This document shows positions 9,758 through 20,099 of a DNA stretch of 64,000 nt, piece after piece. The position numbers were made by a program, and so were the translations under genes. The notes under the pieces were generated by a model that did not search any database, had not been told where the DNA came from, and saw only the letters and a list, made by a program, of their open reading frames with translations. Numbering within the stretch: the stretch's first letter is position 1; each line of letters begins with the position of its first letter. This DNA comes from a virus: the IMG/VR virus record IMGVR_UViG_3300017757_000001, one strand, 5' to 3'.

Positions 9758-10504
9758 TTAATAACTATTTCCATCATTAGTTGGAGGAGGAGGTGCATCT
9801 AATGTATCTTCTTCACCTCTCATTCCTTCTTGAAATTCAGGGGTTGAAACATCTTTGTAAAATTGTAAATAATCTCTTCTTAAGAATAAATCTAAACCTT
9901 TTCTTTTCATTCTAAACTGTGTAAGTTCAATTAAATTCTTATTTGTTTTTTCTACACTATCTATATTTCCTGTTATTTCCCAATCTATAAAACAAGGTAC
10001 ATATAAATAGCATTCCCAACTAGTATCAAATGTTTTTATTTTTTTATATGTATTTTTATCTACTTCCATCCAATTATCAGAATTTATTCTAACTAAAAAA
10101 TATCTTCTAAATTCACCTATATTATATTCTTTATCTGTAGGGATTGGATAATACATTGAAGGGAGATTATAAACATCAGGATTAACTGTATTTATCTTTT
10201 TTAATCTGGCATAAGTTTGAATTATGTCTTCATTAAAAGGTCCATCATCTATATCTAAAAATGGAGTTGGACCTTCAGTAATTGCTATTTGAGATTTAGG
10301 TTGATTAGGATCCTTATAATCCTCAATTGGAACTATTTTTATTATTTCATATCTAGGTGTTACATTTGGGTTTGTACCCGCATAAAATTTACCTTTATAA
10401 TCTTTCCAATATACCCCGTCATATGGTTCATTATTTGACTTATATACAAACTCATGTTGAGTTGTTCTTAAGTTTGTTATTATTCTATTTTTAGGTATAT
10501 ACAT
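9758..10504 (-). CDS. Hypothetical protein, last gene of the baseplate block
   Basis: 248-aa ORF closely following the baseplate hub gene. Confidence 0.7.
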   Translation of the reverse strand: MYIPKNRIITNLRTTQHEFVYKSNNEPYDGVYWKDYKGKFYAGTNPNVTPRYEIIKIVPIEDYKDPNQPKSQIAITEGPTPFLDIDDGPFNEDIIQTYARLKKINTVNPDVYNLPSMYYPIPTDKEYNIGEFRRYFLVRINSDNWMEVDKNTYKKIKTFDTSWECYLYVPCFIDWEITGNIDSVEKTNKNLIELTQFRMKRKGLDLFLRRDYLQFYKDVSTPEFQEGMRGEEDTLDAPPPPTNDGNSY

Positions 10505-10510
10505 AATTTA

Positions 10511-13500
10511 TTAACTTGAAGGTGCTCTTAATATATAAAAATCCCATTTATTACTTGGTCTTCGATTATACACATTTGCTACCCCATAATTCTTTTTAGT
10601 TGAAGTTGACCAACCTACACTATTAATAGTTCCTACATAAACTTGAGCGTGGCCATATTGTACATGAGTTCCAGAACCATCATTAGCATAATAAATTGCT
10701 ACATCACCATATCCCCAAACTGTGTTTTTTAGTAAATCATTTAATTTTGCTTTACTTATATTAGTTCCTACTTTAGTTTGACTATATCCTAATTTAACTA
10801 AATTTTTCCAAAACTTTTCGTTTTGGTTTGCATTACCCCCAGCTGCTAATGGTCTTACTGGGTTTGTTCGTTTTTTAGGAATGTCATTATCTGATCTTAA
10901 AATAGCACAATAATTTACAGCCATATTATAAGAATATTGACCACACATACCACTAATTTCCCCAAATTTAGAAAATACTGCGTTATAACTTTTTTGCATA
11001 GCATTAAATCTTGTAACACCTAATGGATCTAATGAAGCTGGTGGTTCAGATGTAGATGTAGGAGCACTTGCATCTCCTGCACCTGTACCACTTCCTCCTC
11101 CTCCACCACTTGAAGGATTAGGAGAAGTTGATCCTTGTGTATAAGTACCTGATGATGCTTGTCCTACATCTCCAAATATAGGTTTTGATAAAGTTTCTAT
11201 TTCTGTAGTCCAATCATTTCCACTTATAGTATGAGATAAACTTTTAATTACTAATTCTATACTTGATGGTTTATAAGTTGGGGGTAAGGCTTTTCCATCT
11301 ACTTTAAAAGCTTCATATATTTTCATACCCCCTAAACCATCCATTGTTAATTTTAAATTAAATGGTAAAAAGAAAGGAGCTGGATATTTTTTCTTTTGTG
11401 TTAATTTACCAGTTGCTAATGAACAAAATGTTTGATTAATATTATTTAATGCTGAAATATTTTCTTGGGTAAATTCTTTATTATCATATATAGATTCAAA
11501 ACATTCTACTACATCTTCATCAAATAATTCTTTAAATTCATCTTCAGTTTCAACTACTGCTGCTGCAGCTGCATCTACTGCTGTTTGTGCGGCTGATTCA
11601 TTAGTTCCTGTACTTGATTTTCTAACAGGTGTTAATCTATCAATTAATCCTTTATTATAAATAGAAAAGGCTGTTGCATTTCCAGCACTTGTATTACCAT
11701 CTGCTTGAGCCCCAATTGTTACCATAGTAGCAAATTTATCAGATAATTCAGAATTTAAATCCATACTTCTCATAAATGAACCTTCAGATTTAGTAACACC
11801 ATAAGTATTAATTGTAGTTAATGCTCTTTCTTTAGCATTTTCTTGTGGGGTTTCTGAAACTATTTCAATTAATCCTGTATCTTTATTTGATATTATTCTA
11901 AATTCATTTAATCCACCCATAGCATTATTCATCCCTGTTAATATAGATTTAATAAATTGTAACATATAAATGTCATCATCTTCATCTTTATTTTGAGATA
12001 AGGTTTCTGCTATCCAATTTATATCTAAATAAACATTTGCTATTCTTCCTTTAGCGTTATCCCCAGATACTGCAAATTTAGGTCCTTCTAATAATTTATC
12101 ATTTATATCAGTTTCTGCTAATTTAAAATCAGTAATATCAGGTGATATAGGTTGGTAAGCTACTATACATTTTGTAGGATCTCCTGAAAAATTACCAGGA
12201 AAGGTTTTCATATAATTAGTATCATTAGCTAAGTCTTCAAAATCAAAATTAAATGCTATTAAAGGACTATCATCGGCAGCAACTAAATTACAAGTAGACT
12301 GAATAATAGCTAATAATGACCCAAATGTTATATAAACTTGGGGTTCATAATCACTAGAAATAGTATTATCAACTCCTGTTACTTTAAAAATACCTTTTGA
12401 TATGTTTAAAGTTTTTGGTTTATTAAAACCATTAGTAAAACCATTTGATGCAAAGGTTGGAGTGGAAAAATTATCAACTTGTAAATCTCCTGTTCCTGTT
12501 CCATCTGCTCCAAAAAATCGTCTAAACCCTCCAGGAGAATCTTCTTGGATTCTTTGAAATATTTTAAATAATTCAAAATTTAATACTGATGAAATTGCAT
12601 CAGCTACTACTGTAAATCCTTCACTTGCTGCATCTTCTGTATCATCTTTTTCTATACCTAAATCTTTAGCTGCTTTTTTTAGTTTAGGTGTAGGAGCTGC
12701 GTTTATTTTTAAGGATGCAATTACATCTCCCATCCCAACTAAATTAACTTTTATATCATAACTTCCATCAGAATTGAAAGTCCAATTAAATTTTGTAATT
12801 TTAGCATACATAGCTTCATAATTTCCTTCCCATGATTCTTTTTCATCTTCTATATATGTTGCTAATTTAAACATGCTCTGTTTTTCTTTCCAAAGATTTG
12901 AAAAGGGTTTAGTTGAAAAAGATTTTCTGTAAACTGTTTTTCCATCATTTCCTAAATAAACAGTATTACCAAATTCTAGTAAACAAGTATATCCTGGTCT
13001 TTGGAATAAAACGTCAATAGCTTGAAATTGAGATCTATTCCAAGCTTTAATATCAACTGTAGCTGTTGCTAATGCTCCATCATTTTTATATTTGAATTGA
13101 CATCCTGTTATTCCAGGCATAGGTACATAACCTCTTTCATTCCCACCACCTTGAAATCCATAAGCTCCTCCGAATTCACCACCACTTATACCACTATATA
13201 AATTTTTAGATCCACCTTTTTCATTTATTACTCCTCCAAATAAAACAAAGTTTTTAGCTAATGCATCACCTTGTATACCATCTGTTATATTAGCAAATAA
13301 TCCACTATTTATCATTCCATCTAATGTAGATGCTCCTGGTAGAGAGGGGTCTCCAGAGTAAATATTTACTCCACTTGCTAATCTTATAAATGATGTTCCT
13401 GTTGTTTTTGCTTGGAGATTGTTTACATTTCTCCCCTCTATAGACATGGCTTTTTGTCTCTGGCTTATTTGATTAGTGACATATTTACTAAATCCTTCTC

Positions 13501-13516
13501 CTATTATTGACCCCAT
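10511..13516 (-). CDS. Baseplate hub protein with C-terminal CHAP/NlpC-P60-like peptidoglycan amidase
   Basis: Position after the gp53/gpX-like gene; N-terminal PMPGIT...RPGYTCLLEFG; IKSLSHTISGNDWTTEIET; Ser/Gly/Pro linker; C-terminal GMCGQYS...GDVAIY...YGHAQVYVG Cys/His dyad. Confidence 0.65.
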   Translation of the reverse strand: MGSIIGEGFSKYVTNQISQRQKAMSIEGRNVNNLQAKTTGTSFIRLASGVNIYSGDPSLPGASTLDGMINSGLFANITDGIQGDALAKNFVLFGGVINEKGGSKNLYSGISGGEFGGAYGFQGGGNERGYVPMPGITGCQFKYKNDGALATATVDIKAWNRSQFQAIDVLFQRPGYTCLLEFGNTVYLGNDGKTVYRKSFSTKPFSNLWKEKQSMFKLATYIEDEKESWEGNYEAMYAKITKFNWTFNSDGSYDIKVNLVGMGDVIASLKINAAPTPKLKKAAKDLGIEKDDTEDAASEGFTVVADAISSVLNFELFKIFQRIQEDSPGGFRRFFGADGTGTGDLQVDNFSTPTFASNGFTNGFNKPKTLNISKGIFKVTGVDNTISSDYEPQVYITFGSLLAIIQSTCNLVAADDSPLIAFNFDFEDLANDTNYMKTFPGNFSGDPTKCIVAYQPISPDITDFKLAETDINDKLLEGPKFAVSGDNAKGRIANVYLDINWIAETLSQNKDEDDDIYMLQFIKSILTGMNNAMGGLNEFRIISNKDTGLIEIVSETPQENAKERALTTINTYGVTKSEGSFMRSMDLNSELSDKFATMVTIGAQADGNTSAGNATAFSIYNKGLIDRLTPVRKSSTGTNESAAQTAVDAAAAAVVETEDEFKELFDEDVVECFESIYDNKEFTQENISALNNINQTFCSLATGKLTQKKKYPAPFFLPFNLKLTMDGLGGMKIYEAFKVDGKALPPTYKPSSIELVIKSLSHTISGNDWTTEIETLSKPIFGDVGQASSGTYTQGSTSPNPSSGGGGGSGTGAGDASAPTSTSEPPASLDPLGVTRFNAMQKSYNAVFSKFGEISGMCGQYSYNMAVNYCAILRSDNDIPKKRTNPVRPLAAGGNANQNEKFWKNLVKLGYSQTKVGTNISKAKLNDLLKNTVWGYGDVAIYYANDGSGTHVQYGHAQVYVGTINSVGWSTSTKKNYGVANVYNRRPSNKWDFYILRAPSS

Positions 13517-13848
13517 TATTGCTCATTTAATTCGTTATAACTACTTAGTATTTCATTTATATTAGTTGGTATTCTAATTTGTTTTCCTACCCCACAAGTA
13601 AGATCACCCATATTTAAAACTTGAGGATTTGCAATAGAAATAATCCACCATAAAGTCATGTCTCCATAGAATTGAAAAGCTAATAAATCTAATCTATCTG
13701 TAAATTCAGTAATAACCCAAATATCATTTTCATTTTCTGGAATTTCTGGGTAGTAGTTACATTTATAATATTCGGTACCCCTAGAACCTTTTCCTCCAGC
13801 AAAAGTATTTTTATTTCTTAATTTTGATATTTGTTGATATCTATTCAT
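13516..13848 (-). CDS. LysM-like baseplate wedge protein (T4 gp53 / P2 gpX-like)
   Basis: DRLDLLAFQFYGDMTLWWIISIANP...GKQIRIP. Confidence 0.8.
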   Translation of the reverse strand: MNRYQQISKLRNKNTFAGGKGSRGTEYYKCNYYPEIPENENDIWVITEFTDRLDLLAFQFYGDMTLWWIISIANPQVLNMGDLTCGVGKQIRIPTNINEILSSYNELNEQ

Positions 13849-16454
13849 TAGCTATCATAATTATTGTTAGTCCCATTATTTAATGATATAAATCTTTGTT
13901 GTTGAACTTCACTTCCATTTACAGTTACAAATTGTGATTTTTGAGGTACAAATTCTTGTATTGGTGTAAATGAAAATCCTGTTACTCTAATCATATGAGG
14001 TAATTCTTTAACATTTGAGTCATATTTTCCATCCTTAGTGATTGCTATTTCCCAAGTAGTTTCTTCGGGTATAGTATAAGTAAGTGATTTTATAATACCA
14101 AGTTGATTATAAATGTATCCCCCTACTGTTAATCTAGCTAAATTTCCTCTCATAAATCCTGCTGAACTATAACTTGGAGCTAATGAAGATGCTAAATAAT
14201 TTAATTTTTTATACATAGGAATTAATTCATCATGAGATTGAGCATATACTGTCCATGCCATAGATATTTCTCTTGTAAAACCATTATAATTAAAAAATTC
14301 ATCTCCTCTTCCATTATAGCTAACTGAATCCCATTTTGCTGAATAAGCATCACTAAAACTATCTATAAAGGCTCTAAAATTCATAAATCTACCTTCACCA
14401 GTACTATTATTTTTTAATATACCAATACTAAATTTCGCTAAATCATTTTTATCACCATCATGTTCTGCTATTCCTGCTGAATATATTTCTGAGGCATTAA
14501 TTTTATCTAAAATAGTATTACCTACTGTATAATCAAATACATCTTTTTTAGTTCCTGGATTTCCTAAATTAACTCTTTTTTCTTTTGCTTTTGTTACATA
14601 ATCTGGAGCTGTTGACATTATAGTTGATGTTGTAATTTCTTCATCTTCAATTAATGTTTTTCTAAAATCTTGAACTATACCTCCTTGACTAACTGGCTCT
14701 TGAGCTATTAATTGATCCTGAGTCATTGTTACAGAACCATTTGCTCTTTGTAATGGGGTAGGAGCAAATGAACCTACATTTTCATCTTGTGTATAAACAT
14801 TAAAATTATAGGTATCTACTCTTACATTTGATTCATAATCAATTCTATTAAAATTATTTAATTTATCATAACTTCCAGATGCTAATACAGAATAATAAGC
14901 AGAAGCACCATGTACATAAGGAACAACTCCCATTCCACCATCATTTTCTGCGTTTACTAAAGTAGAACCTGATATGTCTCCTCCATAATCAATAAACTGT
15001 AATGATTCTCTTTGATTACCTACTAAATATGTACGTAAATTTGTTTTTGGTATTAAACTTTCATTATCTTGATAAACACTAGGTTGCCATGCTTGAAGGC
15101 TTATTTGTGGCTCGTTTGCAAATTGAAAACCACCATTTATATCACTTAATAAATCAATTCCTTTTAAACTAAAAAATAATTCTGAAGCTCCTCCTGTTGG
15201 GATTCCTCCAGGTGCACCACCTGCTAATATAGTAACAGGATCTAATAAAGGTTTTACATATTTAAATACACTAAAATCATGATTAAATCCACCACCTTCT
15301 TTTGGGATGAAAAATCCAGGATTATCTTCAACTATTTTTGGATTTTTAAATGTTGATTGGGTTTTAATATCACTATAAATCTCCCCAACTTCAAGATTTG
15401 AGCGTAATTGTTCTCTATCTGCTGGTAATATCCCATTTAATTCAGCATTATCTACTGTAGATGCTATAAAACTAGCTCCAATTTTATTTGCAACTTCAGC
15501 TCCTTCTTCACCAGGCATAATTCCAGCCTTTTTTAACTCATCTCTATGTCTATATATAGGAGGCATAGAACCAAAGAAATGGTTTTTATTTGTAGAATAA
15601 TATTTATTATTTATTCCTGTTCTTTGATCTGCAAATGGAATTTTTGTTTTACCAATACCTAAAATAGAACCAGGTCCACCACCATATTCTAATATAACAT
15701 TATCAGTATTTCCTTGCATTTGTTTATCAAACCAAGTTTTAACTAATCTATTTTGCCATCCTCCTGTTGTTATAGTTTCTGTATAATTTTCAATTATAAA
15801 CATAGGTGGAGGTGTATTACCACCTGAATACATGTTTAAACTAAATTGGAAATTAGGATTATTTATAATCCTACTTTTTACCATATCAAATGTAGATGCA
15901 TTAATCGAACCTTCTTGTTGATTCGTTTTCATTACATCTTCATACCCAATAAGACCAGAACCACCAAATAAATTTAATCCACCTTCAATTACTCCAGTCA
16001 TAGGAGTAGTTGGATCAATTCCTAATAAATTTAAATGTGTTCCTGTAAATCCAACTCCTGCTTGAGCTATAGTATTTAAGGGTGAATAAATTCCTTGATT
16101 TACTGCACCAGCACCATAACCTATACCTGTAGATGCTTCTGTTTTTACTGATGTTCTAGATAATAAATTTTCTTTTGCTATAAATAAAGGACCTCTTGGT
16201 GACTTAAAATCAAAAAACATTTGAGTTAACCTACTAACATCCCTAGCAGCATCTACTGGTGCTAGAAATCCATTTCTTAGAAGAAAATCAGGTCCTGACC
16301 TAGCAGGAAGATCCCCATCAAGCTGTTGCCTAAATGTAAGATCACTATCTGGGATATCTCGTTTAATGTAAGGTTGATTGCTATCCCCTCCACCTCTTTG
16401 ATCTCTCCCAAACTTAAGTGATTTTAAGTTGGTCTGTAGGTCAATTAGAGGCAT
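13848..16454 (-). CDS. Baseplate / tail-tube initiator protein
   Basis: C-terminal FRAFIDSFSDAYSAKWDSVSYNGRG...FTREIS...LTVGGYIYNQLGIIKSL...WEI resembles contractile-tail tube initiators; position after tape measure. Confidence 0.6.
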   Translation of the reverse strand: MPLIDLQTNLKSLKFGRDQRGGGDSNQPYIKRDIPDSDLTFRQQLDGDLPARSGPDFLLRNGFLAPVDAARDVSRLTQMFFDFKSPRGPLFIAKENLLSRTSVKTEASTGIGYGAGAVNQGIYSPLNTIAQAGVGFTGTHLNLLGIDPTTPMTGVIEGGLNLFGGSGLIGYEDVMKTNQQEGSINASTFDMVKSRIINNPNFQFSLNMYSGGNTPPPMFIIENYTETITTGGWQNRLVKTWFDKQMQGNTDNVILEYGGGPGSILGIGKTKIPFADQRTGINNKYYSTNKNHFFGSMPPIYRHRDELKKAGIMPGEEGAEVANKIGASFIASTVDNAELNGILPADREQLRSNLEVGEIYSDIKTQSTFKNPKIVEDNPGFFIPKEGGGFNHDFSVFKYVKPLLDPVTILAGGAPGGIPTGGASELFFSLKGIDLLSDINGGFQFANEPQISLQAWQPSVYQDNESLIPKTNLRTYLVGNQRESLQFIDYGGDISGSTLVNAENDGGMGVVPYVHGASAYYSVLASGSYDKLNNFNRIDYESNVRVDTYNFNVYTQDENVGSFAPTPLQRANGSVTMTQDQLIAQEPVSQGGIVQDFRKTLIEDEEITTSTIMSTAPDYVTKAKEKRVNLGNPGTKKDVFDYTVGNTILDKINASEIYSAGIAEHDGDKNDLAKFSIGILKNNSTGEGRFMNFRAFIDSFSDAYSAKWDSVSYNGRGDEFFNYNGFTREISMAWTVYAQSHDELIPMYKKLNYLASSLAPSYSSAGFMRGNLARLTVGGYIYNQLGIIKSLTYTIPEETTWEIAITKDGKYDSNVKELPHMIRVTGFSFTPIQEFVPQKSQFVTVNGSEVQQQRFISLNNGTNNNYDS

Positions 16455-16457
16455 AAA

Positions 16458-16763
16458 TTAAAACGATCTATTCTCGGGTGCGTTATTACTATATCTGTTA
16501 GTTTCTCCTTGGTATGCTACTGCTGACTTACCTAATGTTGATGGTACAGGTACAGTATAAGCTGTTTGTGCACTTCCAATATTATTATAAGGTGATCTTT
16601 CACCTGGCTTCATTGGAATACCATTTAATGAATATTCGTTATGAAGTTTAGATAAACCTTGGATAGAAATATCCGGGTTTACTGTTGGGTCTACATTTGG
16701 GGATACAGGTACTGCTAAAGGAGAACCACTTTCCTCAAAAGATTTTTTAATTCCATCTGCCAT
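16458..16763 (-). CDS. Hypothetical tail-associated protein
   Basis: 101-aa Pro/Ser-rich ORF with ATATTTATA motif upstream. Confidence 0.6.
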   Translation of the reverse strand: MADGIKKSFEESGSPLAVPVSPNVDPTVNPDISIQGLSKLHNEYSLNGIPMKPGERSPYNNIGSAQTAYTVPVPSTLGKSAVAYQGETNRYSNNAPENRSF

Positions 16764-16802
16764 AATTTTTGTTTTTTAAGTGTTTATTAATAAATTATCG
16801 AT

Positions 16803-16811
16803 TATAAATAT
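16803..16811 (-). promoter_or_regulatory. Putative late promoter ATATTTATA
   Basis: Exact motif 40 nt upstream of ATG at 16763. Confidence 0.65.
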
Positions 16812-19744
16812 TAACCTATTTCAGAAGCACTAAGGGCTAATGTTTTTCCTACTTTATTTCCATCCATTTCTATCACTTTTCCTCCTTCAGTTACAGCTAT
16901 TAATCTATCTAATCTATCTATTATTTCTTGTTGGGAAGGTTCTTCACCTCCACCTCCATTAATTAAATTTCCTATTGCATTAATAGGTGCAGCTATCATA
17001 TTTCCAATACTTTCTGCAATTCCTGGTTTTTGTGAATCCGCAAATTCTTCTAGGTTTTTTAATTTTGAGTCATCTATATTATTTAATGCTGCTGCTACAC
17101 CATTTAAACCTGTAGCCATTTCATTTAAAGCTATAGCAGCTAAAGATATAGCAGGTGCCATAGTTGATAATTTTTCTATATCAGCTAATGGTCCTCCACC
17201 CCCCATTAATTTGCCTAAAAGTCCACCTGCTTGACCCATTAATAAAGCTGCATTAAAGGCCATTATACCACCTGCTACAGCTATTAATGCTGCTCCCACT
17301 GAAAATAAAGTTGCTGAATTACCTGCTAAGTTTGATAGTGATTCTCCTATAGCTTCAACATCTGCCTCTCCCATCATTTGGAAAGCCATAGCTGCTGGAA
17401 TCATAGCTAAACCTAAAGCCATTAATGCTGCAGCACCCATAAAAATGAATATAGATAAAAATCCTAACCCTGCTGCCGCTAATGCTAATAAAGGTAACAT
17501 TAATGAGAAAGCTAACATTTTAGATATATCTACGTTTTCTAATAAACTAAAGGCATATGCTGCTGGAATTAATGCTAATGCTAATACCCCCATAGCTAAT
17601 GCTCCTATTATTATATTACCTCCTATATTACCTAATACAGCCATTGTAAGACCTAATATAGCTAATGAACCAGCAAACGCAATCATTTGTACAGGATCCA
17701 CATCTTTAATCATCATTAATGCTAATGCAAATGATCCTCCTAATATTAATCCTACAGCTCCTACAACTACTGCTCCTTTTAAAACTTGTCCTGCTTTTTT
17801 ACCTATTGCTGCAAAACCATCACCTAATCCTTTTAAAAAATCTTTAATTCCTTTACCTTGACCTGGTTTTATACCTTTAGTACTATCCGTAGATGCTTTT
17901 AATTTTTCAGCATCTTCTTTTTTAGGAAGAGCTTTACCAAATAGGCCACCAAATCTTTGACCACCTTTAGGAGCTCGACCACCACCAGGAGTAAATTGTC
18001 CCCCTTTATAAAATTTACCCATTACACCACCAGATTTACCTAATTGCATAAGCATATCCTTAGCCCCTTTAGCCATATCAAACATACCTTTTGCTGATTT
18101 AGCAAACCCTTGTGCCATTTTTACTGCATAAACCGTAGCTATTGTACCTAATACAATAGATAATGCTGTAGTATTAGATAGTATTGGATCTAAATAAGTT
18201 AGAAATCCTCCTACTGCTTGTGAAATTTTATCTAATGATTTTTTTATTTGTTCTTGTGCTGTAAGTCGTTTTGCTTCTTCTAATGAAATATCTGCTGCTT
18301 TAGCTGCTTGCTCTGCTGATAGACCACTTTGAAGTTTTTGTTGGTAGATCATCTTAGCCATTTCATCTCTACTCATACCCATAGCTTTAGCAGTAGCTTC
18401 TTGTTGTATTCTATTACCTGAAGAAAAAGCCTTCATTATACCTTCATTTTTAGCTAATTCTCTTGCAACTCCTTCTAAATCATTAGCTAAAGCATATTGT
18501 CTTGCTTTTTCTAAATTTAATTGTTTACCTGTAAGTAATTCAGCTTCTAATTCTGCTGATATTGAAGATTCAAAATCTAATAATGATCCTGCTATTTTAT
18601 CTACTTGTTCTAAAGAAACTCCTAATTTTCGAGCTTCCATAGCTGCTGCTTGGATTTTTGCAGGATTACTTCCTAATGATAGTGAAACTGAGGCTGATAC
18701 TTTACCAACATCATTCATTACATCAGTAAAGTTTATACCAACTTGATTAGTTTGAACAAACTCTTTAAAGCTTGCTTCCATTTCAGAAGTAACTGTAGAT
18801 AATTCCTTACCACTTAATTTTGCAAATTTAGCTAGTTGGGCTGCTTCATGAGCACCCATTCCCATTAATTCAGTTAATTCTGCAACTTCTGTAATGGTTT
18901 CGGGTGTAAATACTACTGATGCATTAACCCCTAATTCTTTAGATAAAGATACAGCTGCTTTCATATAATCCGCAGATGTAGCTATACTCATATTTAATGA
19001 ATCTACATGGGATATATTTTGTCCAGTTTGTTGTCTAAATTCTTTTTGAGCTTTAGCTACATCATTGTAACCACTCATAATTCCTCCAAATATTACTGTA
19101 GGATCTGTTAAAGCATTAGCAATACCACCCATTGCTCCTTTTAAACCTGTTGCTAATACTTTTAATCTACCAAATCCTTCACCAGTTTCAGCAACTCGAT
19201 CTGCAACTTCTTGCATATCTTTTTTCATTTGGTCTAAACCTAATGCTTTTGACATAGGTCCCAAAAGTCCATCTAATGTAGCTAGTAAACCACCAGCTAC
19301 CCCCATTAATTTATTAGATTCTTTTCTGTTTGCTACTTGTTCTTCTAACTTACCAAGTATTTCTTGTTCAACTTCAAAACCACTTTCTAAACCTATAAGT
19401 AATGCTTTTTCAGCTTCATTATTTGCACCCCTTTTAGAAACTTCTTCTGCTAATGATTGTAAATTAGCTACATTAATATTTGCTTTTTCTTGAAGTTTAG
19501 TTAATTGTTCATCTGAAAGTCTTGTTAGACTTTCTTCTTGGTTGGTAAGTTGTTTAGATAAACTAATTAAAGAATCATATTCTTTTCTAGCATCTTTTTG
19601 GGTGGAATAATTTGCCCCTAATTCTTCATTAATAGATTTAAGAATATCAGTATAATCTCTAAAAGAATCTTTACCCCTTTCAATTTCTTGATTAAACGAT
19701 TTCGCTTTACCTATATTTTTATCTAATTCATCTCCTATAGCCAT
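16811..19744 (-). CDS. Tape measure protein
   Basis: 977 aa, Ala/Gly/Leu-rich helical, LLDFESSISAELEAELLTG block, hydrophobic repeats; lies after tube and chaperone. Confidence 0.88.
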   Translation of the reverse strand: MAIGDELDKNIGKAKSFNQEIERGKDSFRDYTDILKSINEELGANYSTQKDARKEYDSLISLSKQLTNQEESLTRLSDEQLTKLQEKANINVANLQSLAEEVSKRGANNEAEKALLIGLESGFEVEQEILGKLEEQVANRKESNKLMGVAGGLLATLDGLLGPMSKALGLDQMKKDMQEVADRVAETGEGFGRLKVLATGLKGAMGGIANALTDPTVIFGGIMSGYNDVAKAQKEFRQQTGQNISHVDSLNMSIATSADYMKAAVSLSKELGVNASVVFTPETITEVAELTELMGMGAHEAAQLAKFAKLSGKELSTVTSEMEASFKEFVQTNQVGINFTDVMNDVGKVSASVSLSLGSNPAKIQAAAMEARKLGVSLEQVDKIAGSLLDFESSISAELEAELLTGKQLNLEKARQYALANDLEGVARELAKNEGIMKAFSSGNRIQQEATAKAMGMSRDEMAKMIYQQKLQSGLSAEQAAKAADISLEEAKRLTAQEQIKKSLDKISQAVGGFLTYLDPILSNTTALSIVLGTIATVYAVKMAQGFAKSAKGMFDMAKGAKDMLMQLGKSGGVMGKFYKGGQFTPGGGRAPKGGQRFGGLFGKALPKKEDAEKLKASTDSTKGIKPGQGKGIKDFLKGLGDGFAAIGKKAGQVLKGAVVVGAVGLILGGSFALALMMIKDVDPVQMIAFAGSLAILGLTMAVLGNIGGNIIIGALAMGVLALALIPAAYAFSLLENVDISKMLAFSLMLPLLALAAAGLGFLSIFIFMGAAALMALGLAMIPAAMAFQMMGEADVEAIGESLSNLAGNSATLFSVGAALIAVAGGIMAFNAALLMGQAGGLLGKLMGGGGPLADIEKLSTMAPAISLAAIALNEMATGLNGVAAALNNIDDSKLKNLEEFADSQKPGIAESIGNMIAAPINAIGNLINGGGGEEPSQQEIIDRLDRLIAVTEGGKVIEMDGNKVGKTLALSASEIG

Positions 19745-19757
19745 GAAGTTGTTTTAT

Positions 19758-19766
19758 TATAAATAT
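19758..19766 (-). promoter_or_regulatory. Putative late promoter ATATTTATA, preceded by a 9-bp hairpin at 19769-19794
   Basis: Exact motif 14 nt upstream of the TMP ATG; gaaggcatc/gatgccttc stem immediately upstream. Confidence 0.65.
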
Positions 19767-19775
19767 CGGAAGGCA

Positions 19776-20099
19776 TCACTTTTTGGATGCCTTCGTAGTA
19801 TAATTTGGAATTGATTTTGCATTTGACTTAGGTTGCGATTTTCCTGACATAAATTCAGGCGCTGTTACTTTTCCATCTGTCGTAATTGAGCGAGAGGTTC
19901 CACCTCCCCCTTGTGCTTTTTTAGCTGCCTTATTTTCTTCTTCATAATGTTCAATCATTTTTTTATGAGTAAAATTACGAAGCCAAATAGGCATGTCATA
20001 TATGGTATGCCAATCATACCCTCCTTTTCCATGAAATACTATATCATGGATCTGGCCGAATAATCCTATTCTATATTGCTGCGTCAGGCCAAAAAAAGT
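19776..20099 (-). CDS. Frameshift extension (T / E'-like segment) of the tail assembly chaperone
   Basis: Frame is open from 20099, 35 codons before the first ATG at 19994: TFFGLTQQYRIGLFGQIHDIVFHGKGGYDWHTIYDMPIWLRNF...; bounded upstream by TGA right at the T7 run. Confidence 0.7.
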   Translation of the reverse strand, partial: TFFGLTQQYRIGLFGQIHDIVFHGKGGYDWHTIYDMPIWLRNFTHKKMIEHYEEENKAAKKAQGGGGTSRSITTDGKVTAPEFMSGKSQPKSNAKSIPNYTTKASKK

